Part shown: piece by piece, positions 10,373-21,152 of the stretch
Layout of the letters: each line of letters begins with the position of its first letter
How positions within the stretch are numbered: the stretch's first letter is position 1
IMG/VR virus record: IMGVR_UViG_3300005805_000051
Location: 32,001 to 96,000 of that record
Length of the DNA stretch: 64,000 nucleotides
Reading direction: 5' to 3' (one strand)
DNA from: a virus
The notes under the pieces: generated by a model
The model's input: the letters and a program-made list of their open reading frames with translations, nothing else
The model's database searches: none
What the model was told of the DNA's origin: nothing
Position numbers and translations under genes: made by a program

Positions 10373-13300
10373 TTAAACAACCGTCGCGGTCGGGACAACA
10401 ATGTCCACAATGCGTGGCTTCGAATCGGCCGTTGACGCGGCAACTTCATCTCCGTGGATATTGATGGGATCGTTACCGTATTCAGCAATTGCGGGATTAT
10501 TATTAACCCCAATGAACAACCCTACCACAATCGCATCTACGCTAATCGTAATACTGAGCGCCCCTGCAAGGGGTTCAATAGTCGCACTTCGCGTCGCGGT
10601 CGGCGCACTTATTGTTTCAATTGCAGATTCTGCAACACTATTTGGGCCCGCAGGAATAACTAAATGCACCAGCGGGGCCGGTGCTGTGCGAGTGACTGTG
10701 GCCGTTGTAATAACAATTGCCCGGTTGGGCTTAACCGCAGGTGCGCTAACCGTAATAATAACCGACGTCACTTCAAAGTCTAAGTCTGCATTACGGAATG
10801 TTTCAATTTCTTGAATGCCAGCATTTAAATTAACCGTAATGCTTTGATTCGGGATAAGCTTTGCACCAGCCGGATGCACAAATCGTTTCACCGCATCCGC
10901 ATATCGCGTGTAATCTTCTTCGACAGACAACACATACGCAAACGGTTGATACGTCGACGCATCCTGCATGTATTGGTCGGCGGATGCAAAACTTTGAGTG
11001 GTCTTAAATCGAGGTGTGCTGGTGACGGTTCCACCCAACACTAATTGAAGTTGTGCGTTATTTCCGGATGCGCTGGATGAGGTCGTGCTGTTTACCGTGA
11101 AGGTTGCCGCAGAGATGTACCCTGATCCGCCAGACACCACTTCAAGTGACCCGATGACGCCGTTGCTCGCTTGCGTCGATAGCTCGGCCGCTTCGTACGG
11201 ATAAACCGACCGGGAGACATACGACCCGTTTGAAAATTGCGGTTGATTTGGCACTGGCAATGTAACAACGGGGCTTCCCAAAATGTATCCGCGACCCACA
11301 CCAGTAACAAGAATATCGTCTACTTCACCGATTGCGGTTCGGACACCATTGATATAAATTGGCACCACAGTCGTTGCGAGTAGAATCGGCTCGATAATCG
11401 AGGCTAAGTCAGCTTCGTATAATCCACTTCCCGTGGCCCCCATACTCCAATCGGTGGCCCCAATCGTCGGAGGTTCCTGCCCTAAAGTAACGGACGAAGT
11501 ATTCCCCGATTGCACACGCGTTTGTGCAGAGGTTCCACCGGTCAAGGTGGTATTTGCGGTAAAGGTGCCGGTGGAGCCTTCAAGCACCAATGCGGTGCTG
11601 TTGATAGTGGAGTGCAGTGTTCCGGTGCCCCCACTACCCGCCGTGATTGTTTCCCCTACCGTGAAATTGTTGGTCGAGGTAATTGTGGTGACTAGCGTCA
11701 ACCCTTCGGCGGCAATGGTGTCGCCGCTAAGGAGTTCGTCATCAACTGCTAATCGCCACGATAAGACGTCAAGAAGAGAAATACCACTAATAAAGTAATC
11801 TGTACTCTCTAACCCTGATTTATATTCAAGGGGAATCGTCGGGAATACAGGATTGTTCACGGTAAAGTAAATAGTATCGCCCGCTTCGGTAAGAATCTGA
11901 CCCGCTGTAATGTCAGAAACATACGCTTCAAGACCAGACCCACCCGTGCCGGTGTTGTCTACAATGACCGGGATACCGGCATAGTACCCTTCACCGGGCG
12001 TATCAATATTGATGATTGAGATTTCTGACGAAGATAACCCCGTAACTCGACCGATGGCTCCATATCCGTTAATCGTTGGCGGGGTATTGGGCACATACAC
12101 CAAATCACCGACTTTATAATTGCTACCACCACTATTAACTAGGAACCCGGCGACTGCGCCCGTTACGGTTGCTTGAATTCGCAGGGGGTCTTCTAGGGGC
12201 AGTGTACTGACGCGTTCACCCACCTCAAAATTTGTGCCGGGTTTTTGCTCTTGGACAAACGGTTGTGTATAGATTTGTGTCTCTACCTGCGTCGGGGGCA
12301 CACCAAACACTGTCGACATCAGATAGCCACCTTCTGTGGTTACCTGATATGCAGTACCGCGAGTAACTTCTGTGGAAGGCGTTGCGGTGAGAGTAATGTG
12401 TGTGCCATTAGTTGCCACATTCGCTACTGTGACGCGCACCGCGCTCACGCTACCATTGGCGATATAGAACGACTGTCCTGCGGCTACCAACAACGCCACA
12501 TTTCCAGAGGCCACCATTGTCGTGCTGCTGGTGTTAATCGCAAAAGTTTCGGTGCGCGTAACCGCACGACCGGGTTCGTCGACATCTAAGATAAGATTAA
12601 ACGGAATATCATTTGTAATAACATCATCAAGATTTAAGGACAGAATAGTATTGCGTCCTTCAATTTCTTCACGCACTTGTGCAACGCGGGCGCGCACATT
12701 ACTGGTCAATCCCACAATCTCACGCGATTCTAGCGCATACACATTACCTGTTGCTATTCCACCAAAAGTTAATCCCGTGGTATAGGAACCGGTTGATGTT
12801 GCGTTGACCGTAATCGTGCGAGTATAGCCAGTGGTGTTACCCGTTAAAACCTCACCAGTTGTCAAACTTCCATAAATGGCATACACATCCACCGCTGTGC
12901 TATTAACAGTTTGATAAACAGTGGCAAAATCACCAGCGGCGGTGTCAAGAATTTCTCCGTTACTAAAGGTATTCGACGACGCGCTGGTGGTTACACGATA
13001 AATCAAACGCGGAGGCGTCGAGTCTACCTTTAAAATGGTCGAGCGGTCATACGTCGCATCTGACGCCGTAAATGTATATTCGCGGGGATAGCGAATCGTG
13101 ATTTCTCTTCCAAACAATGCCCGGAATAAGAACCGATAGGAATCTTCACTACCACGCGCTTGATAAAAGCTCAGAATTTTTGGGATTAATCCAGCGGCAT
13201 CCGCCCCTTCTTGCGGAAACTCTCGCAAATACGTATCTTGAAAATACGAAATGAAATCTGCAATCGTAGCTTCGTATTCATGAAAATCTAAAATTTGGCG

Positions 13301-13732
13301 TAGTGCGCCCGCCGCTTGCCGCACGGACTTTTGCGTTTCAACCGAATAAGTATTGCCATAATACGTGCGTTCTGGCACATCATACAACAATAACGACGTA
13401 CTGTTCGTTACACTTCGAACCGTAAAAAATTCTTGCCCAACCTTAATGCGGTCATACTGCACTAAAGTGGAGTCTGTCTCGACTCCGCGATCAACTAACG
13501 TAAATGTGGTATTTGAGCCAACTACCGTCGAATTTCCCGAGAGAACCGTAAGCACCCCTTGCTGGGCAACATAGACGGACTCAATAGGATTTTCGTCGTT
13601 TTGCTCAAGAAATTGAAAATATGCTTTAAGAAAAGCAAAAAATTGCGGATATTGAGCCTGAATAAACTGCGGGACAATTTCCCCGAGTCGAGTTGAAGTT
13701 CGGTGGTGAACGTCTTGTGCGTAATGCGCCAT
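10373..13732 (-). CDS. gp7: Baseplate wedge initiator (gp7-like)
   Basis: PQFI..QYPQF..FLKAYFQFLE, FYQARGSEDSYRFLFRALFG, QD..YQPFAYVL..VKRFVHPAG; lies between gp6 and gp8. Confidence 0.75.
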   Translation of the reverse strand: MAHYAQDVHHRTSTRLGEIVPQFIQAQYPQFFAFLKAYFQFLEQNDENPIESVYVAQQGVLTVLSGNSTVVGSNTTFTLVDRGVETDSTLVQYDRIKVGQEFFTVRSVTNSTSLLLYDVPERTYYGNTYSVETQKSVRQAAGALRQILDFHEYEATIADFISYFQDTYLREFPQEGADAAGLIPKILSFYQARGSEDSYRFLFRALFGREITIRYPREYTFTASDATYDRSTILKVDSTPPRLIYRVTTSASSNTFSNGEILDTAAGDFATVYQTVNSTAVDVYAIYGSLTTGEVLTGNTTGYTRTITVNATSTGSYTTGLTFGGIATGNVYALESREIVGLTSNVRARVAQVREEIEGRNTILSLNLDDVITNDIPFNLILDVDEPGRAVTRTETFAINTSSTTMVASGNVALLVAAGQSFYIANGSVSAVRVTVANVATNGTHITLTATPSTEVTRGTAYQVTTEGGYLMSTVFGVPPTQVETQIYTQPFVQEQKPGTNFEVGERVSTLPLEDPLRIQATVTGAVAGFLVNSGGSNYKVGDLVYVPNTPPTINGYGAIGRVTGLSSSEISIINIDTPGEGYYAGIPVIVDNTGTGGSGLEAYVSDITAGQILTEAGDTIYFTVNNPVFPTIPLEYKSGLESTDYFISGISLLDVLSWRLAVDDELLSGDTIAAEGLTLVTTITSTNNFTVGETITAGSGGTGTLHSTINSTALVLEGSTGTFTANTTLTGGTSAQTRVQSGNTSSVTLGQEPPTIGATDWSMGATGSGLYEADLASIIEPILLATTVVPIYINGVRTAIGEVDDILVTGVGRGYILGSPVVTLPVPNQPQFSNGSYVSRSVYPYEAAELSTQASNGVIGSLEVVSGGSGYISAATFTVNSTTSSSASGNNAQLQLVLGGTVTSTPRFKTTQSFASADQYMQDASTYQPFAYVLSVEEDYTRYADAVKRFVHPAGAKLIPNQSITVNLNAGIQEIETFRNADLDFEVTSVIITVSAPAVKPNRAIVITTATVTRTAPAPLVHLVIPAGPNSVAESAIETISAPTATRSATIEPLAGALSITISVDAIVVGLFIGVNNNPAIAEYGNDPINIHGDEVAASTADSKPRIVDIVVPTATVV

Positions 13733-13742
13733 GAACGATCCC

Positions 13743-15650
13743 TTAGAACACGATTGCGCCGTTGATGATGCGACCCGCTGTGGTGCCGCGACGGTCTAAC
13801 AGATCAGGTAGCACTCGTACACTCACACTCTCCGCAGGAATCCGCACAATCTGTGACCGACGTGCGATAATGTCCGTTGTATTTGGAATCGCCTGTACGC
13901 GTACTTCCCCGATAAAATTTGTCGTAATATTTGTCGGATAGAAGTGTGTCAGAGACACCGCTCCCGTGGCAAAATTTACCGTACCAACACCACTCTTGAC
14001 TAAGGTTTTACCGGTAGCAGGATCATCGCGATATACATTAATCACATTTGCATGATTTTCAATAAAACATCCAGAATACACGAATCCTGTCGTATCTGCA
14101 TGCGAGAATCGTTGTGTGCCTACTCGACTTGTGACGGTCACCAATTGATTTGCGTCAGTTGCTTCAAAAACAGGGTTAGAAAATTCTAAAGTGTATGACC
14201 CAGTAGTCGCGACCACCCGAAAGCGTTTTTCCATTTTTACCGCAGTGATATTACTTTGAATGCTTTGTTCTGCACTGTCGATAAGCTTTGATACCTGTGA
14301 GTATCGGAAAATGGAACCAAACTGACCCACGGTAATCTGCCCATACCCGACAATTGCATTACTGATTAAAGCGGCAAGTTCAGAGGTATTGCGTGAGGTT
14401 AACGCGGGAGTATACTTAGCCTCAACATCAACCGCGACATAGATGTAGTCGGGGTCAACAAATTCATATCCAAGAATCGGCAACGATTTTGGACGCAATA
14501 CATGGTCGAGAATCGAGTTCTTTTGCGTATCTCCGAACTTATCACCGTTGAACGGTTTCAGGGCGATAAACATCTTCCCATATACCGGAGGATCGTTATC
14601 TTCACCGCCCCAGATGGATACCGATTCGATGCCGCTATACTCGGTGAGCAGTACTGTTCTGGCATCTTCTGGGGTCACAATACGACCCTGTACCTGATAA
14701 ATCGCCGGAGCATTCTTTTTGATACTATCAATCGATTCGCGAACATCTCCACCGTACGCCGGTACGTTGATGTTGTTCAGCACGGTGGCCACCGTCACGC
14801 CGGTGGTATTGACGACGAGATTTCCCACGGTATCGGCGAACGAGAAGGTGTTAGCCCCGTTCCCGCGCGTCCCACCAGAAATCAGATAATCCGCAACCAC
14901 TTGTTGCCCGACTGTTAGGTTGCGACCAAGACGGCCGTCTCCGAATTGAATATCGTAAGTGCCATCATTGTTTTCAAACAGGAAGTAAACATTTGTAGTC
15001 GGACCAACCACGACGGCTGATGTTGCACGGTCATAAATGAACGAGGTTGTGCTATTTGCGTCAGGCTTCACCGAAATCGTGATGGTGCGGGTATCAATTG
15101 TTTCGTTGGGGAGGGTCAACTTTACCCCAGAGGCTTGAATGTCTCCCGACGCAACGGTAAAAGTTTGGGTCAGCTTAATACCTTCGTATAGCTCGGCCCC
15201 GATGAACGTCACGGTGTTTGCCGCAAATGTTTCCTGTTCGGCGTCATCAATCGTATAAAAAGTCAGCGTTTGATTACCCGTCGTTGATGAGAACTTCGTA
15301 TAGCGGGGAAGTTCTACCGTAACCTCTGTCGTGTCGACACCATTCAAGGTTACATCGACAATCGCAGTTGCACTTGAAATAGAACGCGGGACGTAGCCTA
15401 GCTGACGCGCGGCAGCCACCACCGAGTTTCGAATCTGGGCGGTTTGCAGGAAGACTTCGTTAATTGCAAAATTGGTATACCAGCCATGGTAGTAAGCATC
15501 ATATGCCAACACATCCAGAATCGTGCTGATGGCTGATCCCTCATAGTTATAATCTTGCAGTAGCGTCTGACTTTGTAAAAACCGCTTGAGGTCAGCACGA
15601 ATGGTATCAAAGTCCAGTGGGACAATTTGAATTTCGGAAGGTAGTGGCAT
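13743..15650 (-). CDS. gp6: Baseplate wedge subunit
   Basis: LDFDTIRADLKRFL, DYNYEGSAISTILDVLAY, AQIRNSVVAAARQLGYVPRS, FGDG, WGGEDNDPPVYGK. Confidence 0.95.
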   Translation of the reverse strand: MPLPSEIQIVPLDFDTIRADLKRFLQSQTLLQDYNYEGSAISTILDVLAYDAYYHGWYTNFAINEVFLQTAQIRNSVVAAARQLGYVPRSISSATAIVDVTLNGVDTTEVTVELPRYTKFSSTTGNQTLTFYTIDDAEQETFAANTVTFIGAELYEGIKLTQTFTVASGDIQASGVKLTLPNETIDTRTITISVKPDANSTTSFIYDRATSAVVVGPTTNVYFLFENNDGTYDIQFGDGRLGRNLTVGQQVVADYLISGGTRGNGANTFSFADTVGNLVVNTTGVTVATVLNNINVPAYGGDVRESIDSIKKNAPAIYQVQGRIVTPEDARTVLLTEYSGIESVSIWGGEDNDPPVYGKMFIALKPFNGDKFGDTQKNSILDHVLRPKSLPILGYEFVDPDYIYVAVDVEAKYTPALTSRNTSELAALISNAIVGYGQITVGQFGSIFRYSQVSKLIDSAEQSIQSNITAVKMEKRFRVVATTGSYTLEFSNPVFEATDANQLVTVTSRVGTQRFSHADTTGFVYSGCFIENHANVINVYRDDPATGKTLVKSGVGTVNFATGAVSLTHFYPTNITTNFIGEVRVQAIPNTTDIIARRSQIVRIPAESVSVRVLPDLLDRRGTTAGRIINGAIVF

Positions 15651-15656
15651 AGTTGC

Positions 15657-16058
15657 TTACCGCACCCGCTTCAAGACCAGTCGTGTGGTTTGAATCTGGG
15701 GAATGTTTTGAACAATAAACCCGACTTCAATCAAAATGGCATGTTCGTCCAGCATCTCATTCTGCGGACCACGATTCTTGTAGACATCCACAAATTTGAC
15801 CGTGGCGCGAGGTTCAAACTGACGAATCACATTCCGAATATCATTTGCTAACACAAACTCCGTAATATCGTCATACGGTTCAAATAACCGCAACATGATG
15901 GAATTTCCCAACGCCGGCTGAAAGGGACGCTCATAAAAATTCGTATACAATAAATTCATTACGGACTGCTTGACGGCCTCTTCCTCCGTCAAGACAGGAA
16001 TGTCGCGAGACACCGGGTCTTTCACGAAGGAAATGTCTAGGTCGCTGTATACTGCCAT
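15657..16058 (-). CDS. gp25: Baseplate wedge subunit
   Basis: YSDLDISF, AVKQSVMNLLYTNFYERPFQP, FEPR. Confidence 0.95.
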   Translation of the reverse strand: MAVYSDLDISFVKDPVSRDIPVLTEEEAVKQSVMNLLYTNFYERPFQPALGNSIMLRLFEPYDDITEFVLANDIRNVIRQFEPRATVKFVDVYKNRGPQNEMLDEHAILIEVGFIVQNIPQIQTTRLVLKRVR

Positions 16059-16093
16059 GGTAGCTGTATTTAGCTGGAATAGAAAACCGTATC

Positions 16094-17806
16094 CTACGCG
16101 GCAATAAACACCGGATTGATGCTGTCATCCTGTCCGGGACAGGTATGGTCAATCCACGCAAAGGACGCCCCCGATGACCCGGCACCACCAATAATATCAA
16201 TGACGCATATACGTTTATCTGCATCCCATTTGTCGGTTCCTTGTCCTTGAGGACCACCGGTCGGATCAAGAATCGCAATTGCATCACCAGATGCATCGCT
16301 TGCATTTCCACGAATCCCAACAATCCCCACCTTTGGATCGTTAACATTTCGCACCACTGCCGCAAGAAACTCGCGATGCGGTCCCATATTGTCACGGAAT
16401 GCTGAAGTTTTGACAGCTTCAAACAAATCAGGATTCTCTTTAACCGCCGCATCGAACGCGGAACCCACAGATCCGTAGTAGGCAGAACGAATAGCCGACG
16501 GGTTGTATTTCTGACCCCACGGGTCAACCAACGATCGGCAATCTTCTCCACCCGCTCCGTATTCGCCAGTGAACCCCTCTTCGGTATTTACACCAATCGG
16601 ATTGAGTCGTTGTTGCCGAGACGCGAGGCGGTCAATATATTGTGACGCCAAATTAGCGTCTGCGATCAATGCATTTAAAGCCGCCGTTTCAGCACCCGGT
16701 GCATAGGGTTGATGCACAATCAGGCCTTCTAGAAACTCATCATTGAAGGTTTTAGTCATCACCAGTCGTCGACGACTTTCGGGGGTAAAGGTAATATGCA
16801 ACCATGCTTGTCCTTTTCCTACTGGCACCAAGCTGTGCGATAGGATCAATTGGTCAAACACTAGGTTGTTTTTTGCCCACCGCGCAAGTTGAAACAGCTT
16901 CGGAGCCTCAGCTAAACTCCCATCACCTATCGTGAGATCAATCGCTTCGCCGCGCTCATGCGGGCTGGTGCTGCTGTTCTCGCTTCGGAATCCTTCAAGA
17001 ATGCGTGGGGTGCCCCAATTTTGTCGTCGTGCATATCCAGCCAGCGGTTCGTAAATGTTTTCCGCAATCAACACCAGCCGATAAAAAATCTCATCCTGTA
17101 GTAGACCATGTTGGTTTATCAAGACACTTGTGGGTTCATTACTCGTCGGTACCGGATTCGGCGCGGGTAGTGTTGTAGTTCCCAGTTGCCCAGTTTCGAC
17201 TTTAGTCACATCCCAAAACCGCTTGCTGCTCTCGATTTCTTTCTTTGTGCGAAAAATCGTTGAGACAGGCGGAATGCCTTTTCCTAGCGGTGCGGACAAC
17301 AATCCCGTGAGGGCTGCTTTGGCCGCCGTTTCTGAAAGTTGTTTGGCCGCTTGTGACGGATTGACCGACAATCCTTCAGGGAATGGTCGACGCAGCTTCG
17401 TCAAGTTCGTTTCTTCGACGATACTGACACCAAGACCCATCGCACCAGCAAGCTTCGAGACACTCCCGAGCGCACCGCGTCCAATCGCGCCCGCAGCTTT
17501 TCCCACTTTCCCTTCCATCGCCGCTTGTGTGCGTTTAGAAGCGACGGCTAATGCTTTGGCCGCAGCCGCCTTCAGTGCATATTGCCCAATCTGTTGTGCT
17601 AACACACTACTGCCACCGGTTGCAACGGCAGCTCCCACCGTCGTAGCAGCACTTTTCATCTTACTAATCAAACTCTTTGTTCGTTGCACGGCCCCTAAAA
17701 GCTTTGCAGATATGGGGTTCTGAAGATTAACCTTAATCTCTTTTGGGGGCCGGCTACTCGCAAGGAGTTCAGCATCCGAACGTAAATCTTTAAATGCGCG
17801 TGACAT
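16094..17806 (-). CDS. Baseplate-associated protein with a central peptidase M15-like domain
   Basis: ENIYEPL..EGFRS..STSPHERGEAID..FDQLIL..WLHITF; lies between gp5 and gp25. Confidence 0.7.
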   Translation of the reverse strand: MSRAFKDLRSDAELLASSRPPKEIKVNLQNPISAKLLGAVQRTKSLISKMKSAATTVGAAVATGGSSVLAQQIGQYALKAAAAKALAVASKRTQAAMEGKVGKAAGAIGRGALGSVSKLAGAMGLGVSIVEETNLTKLRRPFPEGLSVNPSQAAKQLSETAAKAALTGLLSAPLGKGIPPVSTIFRTKKEIESSKRFWDVTKVETGQLGTTTLPAPNPVPTSNEPTSVLINQHGLLQDEIFYRLVLIAENIYEPLAGYARRQNWGTPRILEGFRSENSSTSPHERGEAIDLTIGDGSLAEAPKLFQLARWAKNNLVFDQLILSHSLVPVGKGQAWLHITFTPESRRRLVMTKTFNDEFLEGLIVHQPYAPGAETAALNALIADANLASQYIDRLASRQQRLNPIGVNTEEGFTGEYGAGGEDCRSLVDPWGQKYNPSAIRSAYYGSVGSAFDAAVKENPDLFEAVKTSAFRDNMGPHREFLAAVVRNVNDPKVGIVGIRGNASDASGDAIAILDPTGGPQGQGTDKWDADKRICVIDIIGGAGSSGASFAWIDHTCPGQDDSINPVFIAA

Positions 17807-17815
17807 ATTATATCC

Positions 17816-19306
17816 TTAGATCAACGGAGGATCGTTCCATCCTTCTGGGGGTGGTCCGGGGGGTGTTCCTCCTCCCCCTCCAGTACTACCGCCGGGCCCT
17901 GATGTCGTATTGTCTACTACCGCGTCAACAGGGATGGCAAACTCTTCGGGTTCGATAATCGGTGGAATATAGTTTTGCATCAGAGAAGCGAGAGTTAGTG
18001 TGCTACTGCCTAACTGGTCAGTAAGCGTAAAGACTTTCTTGTCCGCGTATTCTGCAAATGCCCGATACCGGAATACATACGGTACCACACTAGTAACGGT
18101 AGGATAACCATACGGTTCCGTAATAACCATTAGCGTGTCATTCGCAATCGATGCAATCCGAGGGAATCCCTGTGGAAATGGCGCACTCACAAACGGCGGT
18201 GACGGGAAGGTCAAATACATTCCAACAGCAACATCTTCGGTAAACTTGGTGTTGGTGCCAACCACCACCGTGTTGCCTTGCTCAAAGCGTACGGTACCGC
18301 CGCTTGCAAATGGATAGGAGGTGGCCGGCGGTGGTTCTTCACCCGGCGGTTCCGTATCCACATATATTGTGCTTTGTTGACCGGGAAGAGCTTTGGTTGC
18401 AGAGGTGAAATCACCAATTTCTTCCGACAGATTCTGATGTGCTGTATACGCTTCGCTGTTTTGCACATCTTCCGGGGTGTCAAACTGACGGTCACGGAAC
18501 TCAATGCGTTCCACCGACTTTCCGTTATACACTTGCGGATTCGACACGGGAATTTCTTCCGGTGGGGCCACTTCTGGCACCAACGGCATGCCTTTAGCAT
18601 CCGTTAGTGATTTTGCAAATTGTAGGCTCTTCCCGACATTTCGCGCATACGAACTGATCGTAGACACCGCAGATAATAATCCCGCAAGCGTACTAATCGA
18701 CCCCGGTGAACTCGGGAACACTCCCGTCACGCGCGGCACCAACACCCCAAAGATAGGCACAATCCCCGTTGGTAACGATAAGAACGGTGTCGTTGCGTTC
18801 GCCCCGACTCCGCCAATATCCACCTTCGGAGCGGCGAGCGAAATCTTATTGTCGGCGCGCATGAAAATATTATCCCCGCGCATCTTTAACTCACCCTTGA
18901 CATTGATGGCTAAGCCGTTATCGGCTTGAATCTCAAAGGCTCCGTTACGGACATAAATGTTTGCTCCACCGGACACCGTGATTTTATAGTCACCGTTGAC
19001 AATAATCTCATGGTCGGCCACCGTCACATCTTGCCGTTTTGATTTTGAGACATACTTCACCGCTCCATCAGGACGCAGTTCGATGTGAGAACCCGTACGA
19101 TGATAAACCTGTATGCGTTCGGCGCCCGGCGTATCATCCATCTCAAACAGATGACCAGATTCCGTCGCGGTCACATTGTTGTAGGGGTACTCTGCGGCGT
19201 ATGATGGAGGCAGTTCCGTAATCGTTGGGGCGGCCGCGCCACGAATCGGGTCGTTCTTCGCTTTTCGAAATACCCGTAGGATATTAGCACCAGCGCCTAA
19301 AAACAT
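17816..19306 (-). CDS. gp5: Baseplate hub/spike protein gp5, C-terminal part
   Basis: YPYNNVTATESGHLFEMDDTPGAERIQVYHRTGS followed by VxG beta-helix repeats; has its own SD-like sequence. Confidence 0.85.
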   Translation of the reverse strand: MFLGAGANILRVFRKAKNDPIRGAAAPTITELPPSYAAEYPYNNVTATESGHLFEMDDTPGAERIQVYHRTGSHIELRPDGAVKYVSKSKRQDVTVADHEIIVNGDYKITVSGGANIYVRNGAFEIQADNGLAINVKGELKMRGDNIFMRADNKISLAAPKVDIGGVGANATTPFLSLPTGIVPIFGVLVPRVTGVFPSSPGSISTLAGLLSAVSTISSYARNVGKSLQFAKSLTDAKGMPLVPEVAPPEEIPVSNPQVYNGKSVERIEFRDRQFDTPEDVQNSEAYTAHQNLSEEIGDFTSATKALPGQQSTIYVDTEPPGEEPPPATSYPFASGGTVRFEQGNTVVVGTNTKFTEDVAVGMYLTFPSPPFVSAPFPQGFPRIASIANDTLMVITEPYGYPTVTSVVPYVFRYRAFAEYADKKVFTLTDQLGSSTLTLASLMQNYIPPIIEPEEFAIPVDAVVDNTTSGPGGSTGGGGGTPPGPPPEGWNDPPLI

Positions 19307-19322
19307 ACTCTACCTTTCGTGC

Positions 19323-19715
19323 TTATGTCGGAAACGGCGGACTAGATGCCGGAGCAAGAGGGTTCTGATACCGATACCCCGGCAACACTCCGAGCATGAC
19401 CGGTTGTTGTGCGAGCTGTCCGTCCAAGAAAAATCCCAAGACCCACGACGCAATCGGCGGCGACTTCGGGCATCCCGAGTTTCCTAATGGTGCCATGGCT
19501 AAGGCCCACGGAAGATCGTCAGTTGCAATACCCGTCGCCGCACTCTCGCTGGTAGTAGTCTGTGCGGACTCGTTGTGAAATCCGAAGATTCGGACGCGCG
19601 CCCGGCCAAGCTTTAAGGGGTCTTTGTTATCTTCGACGACACCAATCCACCAGACGAATCCATTCTTGCCCATGAAATCGTGCGCGGATGGTGTGCCAAA
19701 AGCATTTAACGACAT
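19323..19715 (-). CDS. gp5: gp5 N-terminal OB-fold domain as a stand-alone gene
   Basis: GFVWWIGVVED..DPLKLGRARVRIFGFH..LPWA..WVLGFFLDG..AQQPVMLG. Confidence 0.9.
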   Translation of the reverse strand: MSLNAFGTPSAHDFMGKNGFVWWIGVVEDNKDPLKLGRARVRIFGFHNESAQTTTSESAATGIATDDLPWALAMAPLGNSGCPKSPPIASWVLGFFLDGQLAQQPVMLGVLPGYRYQNPLAPASSPPFPT

Positions 19716-19724
19716 ACAACACCT

Positions 19725-21149
19725 TTACGCAATAGAATCCGAACACGCTTCAAAAGTTGTTTCATACTGATATGCGTCATTTCCCATATTTATGATGGTA
19801 TGTTTGACCGCTAAAATAATATACAATCCCGATCGCAAATCAGCAAATCCGCCCGTCGTGGTGTCATTATTCAAGACATTGGGAATCTCAATATGCACAA
19901 CCGACCCCACATTCAGATTTGGGGCACCAGCCACCTTTACCCGCACGGTAAACATTTGCAGTTCGAGCAACTCACGATTTCGTACCGCTAAAGTTTGCTC
20001 AATAAAGTTTTCCGCCGGACGATGCTCCCGTGGAAACGGCGAAGTATCGTTGCCGGCGCTAATGCTGGTCGTGGGTACCACAAATACTCGGGCGGTTGGG
20101 TGTGCAACCGTAGCAAACTCAGGCGGATATAGTGGTCGCGCATTCAACCGCTCGCGACTCTTAAACAGATTATCGTTTACTGATGTTGTGGTCACGCGAT
20201 ACTGTCCTGCTAACACATCAACCCCGATAGTCGCCGACGAAAAATATCCTTCACTCAAGCCATATAAGAAATCAAAGTTATTGACGATATCGATTTGTTC
20301 TGCGGCAATATAACGATCTCCCGCACGAGTCGGTGCTAAACCACCAGCTTGACGACGCACATAAACGGGATTCTCGTTCCACTTCTTGCGGCCTTGTTTC
20401 ACCATCTCTTGTAGTGACCGGAAATAGAACCCATCTAACGTTTCATAGAAAAAAAAGTTTGCGCGATTGTCTGGGGTGTATGCTTGCAATGTCGCTAACT
20501 TAATCGCATTCAGCGGGGTAATATACGGGGCTACAAATCCAAACGGTTTTGCGTCTGCACTGAATGTAGGTTCAAAATACGGTCGACCGTCAGGAGCGGT
20601 AGTGGTACCGTACGGTTTTGTGGTGCCAATATATTCAGACAGCACTGTGTTGATAACTTGCTCGACGCGCAAGTTCTTGAACACCCGAGAAAACCGTTTT
20701 TCGCTAGACTTTAGCAGTTCGGGACTCGCAAGACCAAGACGATAGGTTTCTGACCCTTGTGATTGGGGAATGCGCTCCGTTTGATTGTATACGGCAAAGT
20801 TTAACACTGCACTAGTGCTGGTTGCGGCTTGATAGGGATAGTATCGATACGTTCCTGTGCGAGGGTTGAATACACGAAACTTGACCGAAAGATTTTCTAT
20901 GCCCATAAGAGGCACAACACTCGACAAGTTCATGTCATCTTGAACGCGCAACTCTCCCGTCAGTGTGGGGTTAAACACACTTTCATAAATGTTCAAGGAG
21001 GTCATGTAGTTCCGCGCATCACGAAATACCGCAGCTTGTTTTGCAGTAATATTTCGTGCCGTTAGATCACCGAGAGTCGGCGTTTTTAAGTCACATTCCA
21101 GTAACTCAACATCTTTAAGAGCAAACGGAGAACTCATTCCACCAGACAT
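19725..21149 (-). CDS. Baseplate hub/tail protein (gp27-like position)
   Basis: LNIYESVFNPTLTG, FFFYETLDGFYFRSL, SGLYIILAVKH; lies between gp53 and gp5. Confidence 0.7.
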   Translation of the reverse strand: MSGGMSSPFALKDVELLECDLKTPTLGDLTARNITAKQAAVFRDARNYMTSLNIYESVFNPTLTGELRVQDDMNLSSVVPLMGIENLSVKFRVFNPRTGTYRYYPYQAATSTSAVLNFAVYNQTERIPQSQGSETYRLGLASPELLKSSEKRFSRVFKNLRVEQVINTVLSEYIGTTKPYGTTTAPDGRPYFEPTFSADAKPFGFVAPYITPLNAIKLATLQAYTPDNRANFFFYETLDGFYFRSLQEMVKQGRKKWNENPVYVRRQAGGLAPTRAGDRYIAAEQIDIVNNFDFLYGLSEGYFSSATIGVDVLAGQYRVTTTSVNDNLFKSRERLNARPLYPPEFATVAHPTARVFVVPTTSISAGNDTSPFPREHRPAENFIEQTLAVRNRELLELQMFTVRVKVAGAPNLNVGSVVHIEIPNVLNNDTTTGGFADLRSGLYIILAVKHTIINMGNDAYQYETTFEACSDSIA

Positions 21150-21152
21150 AGT

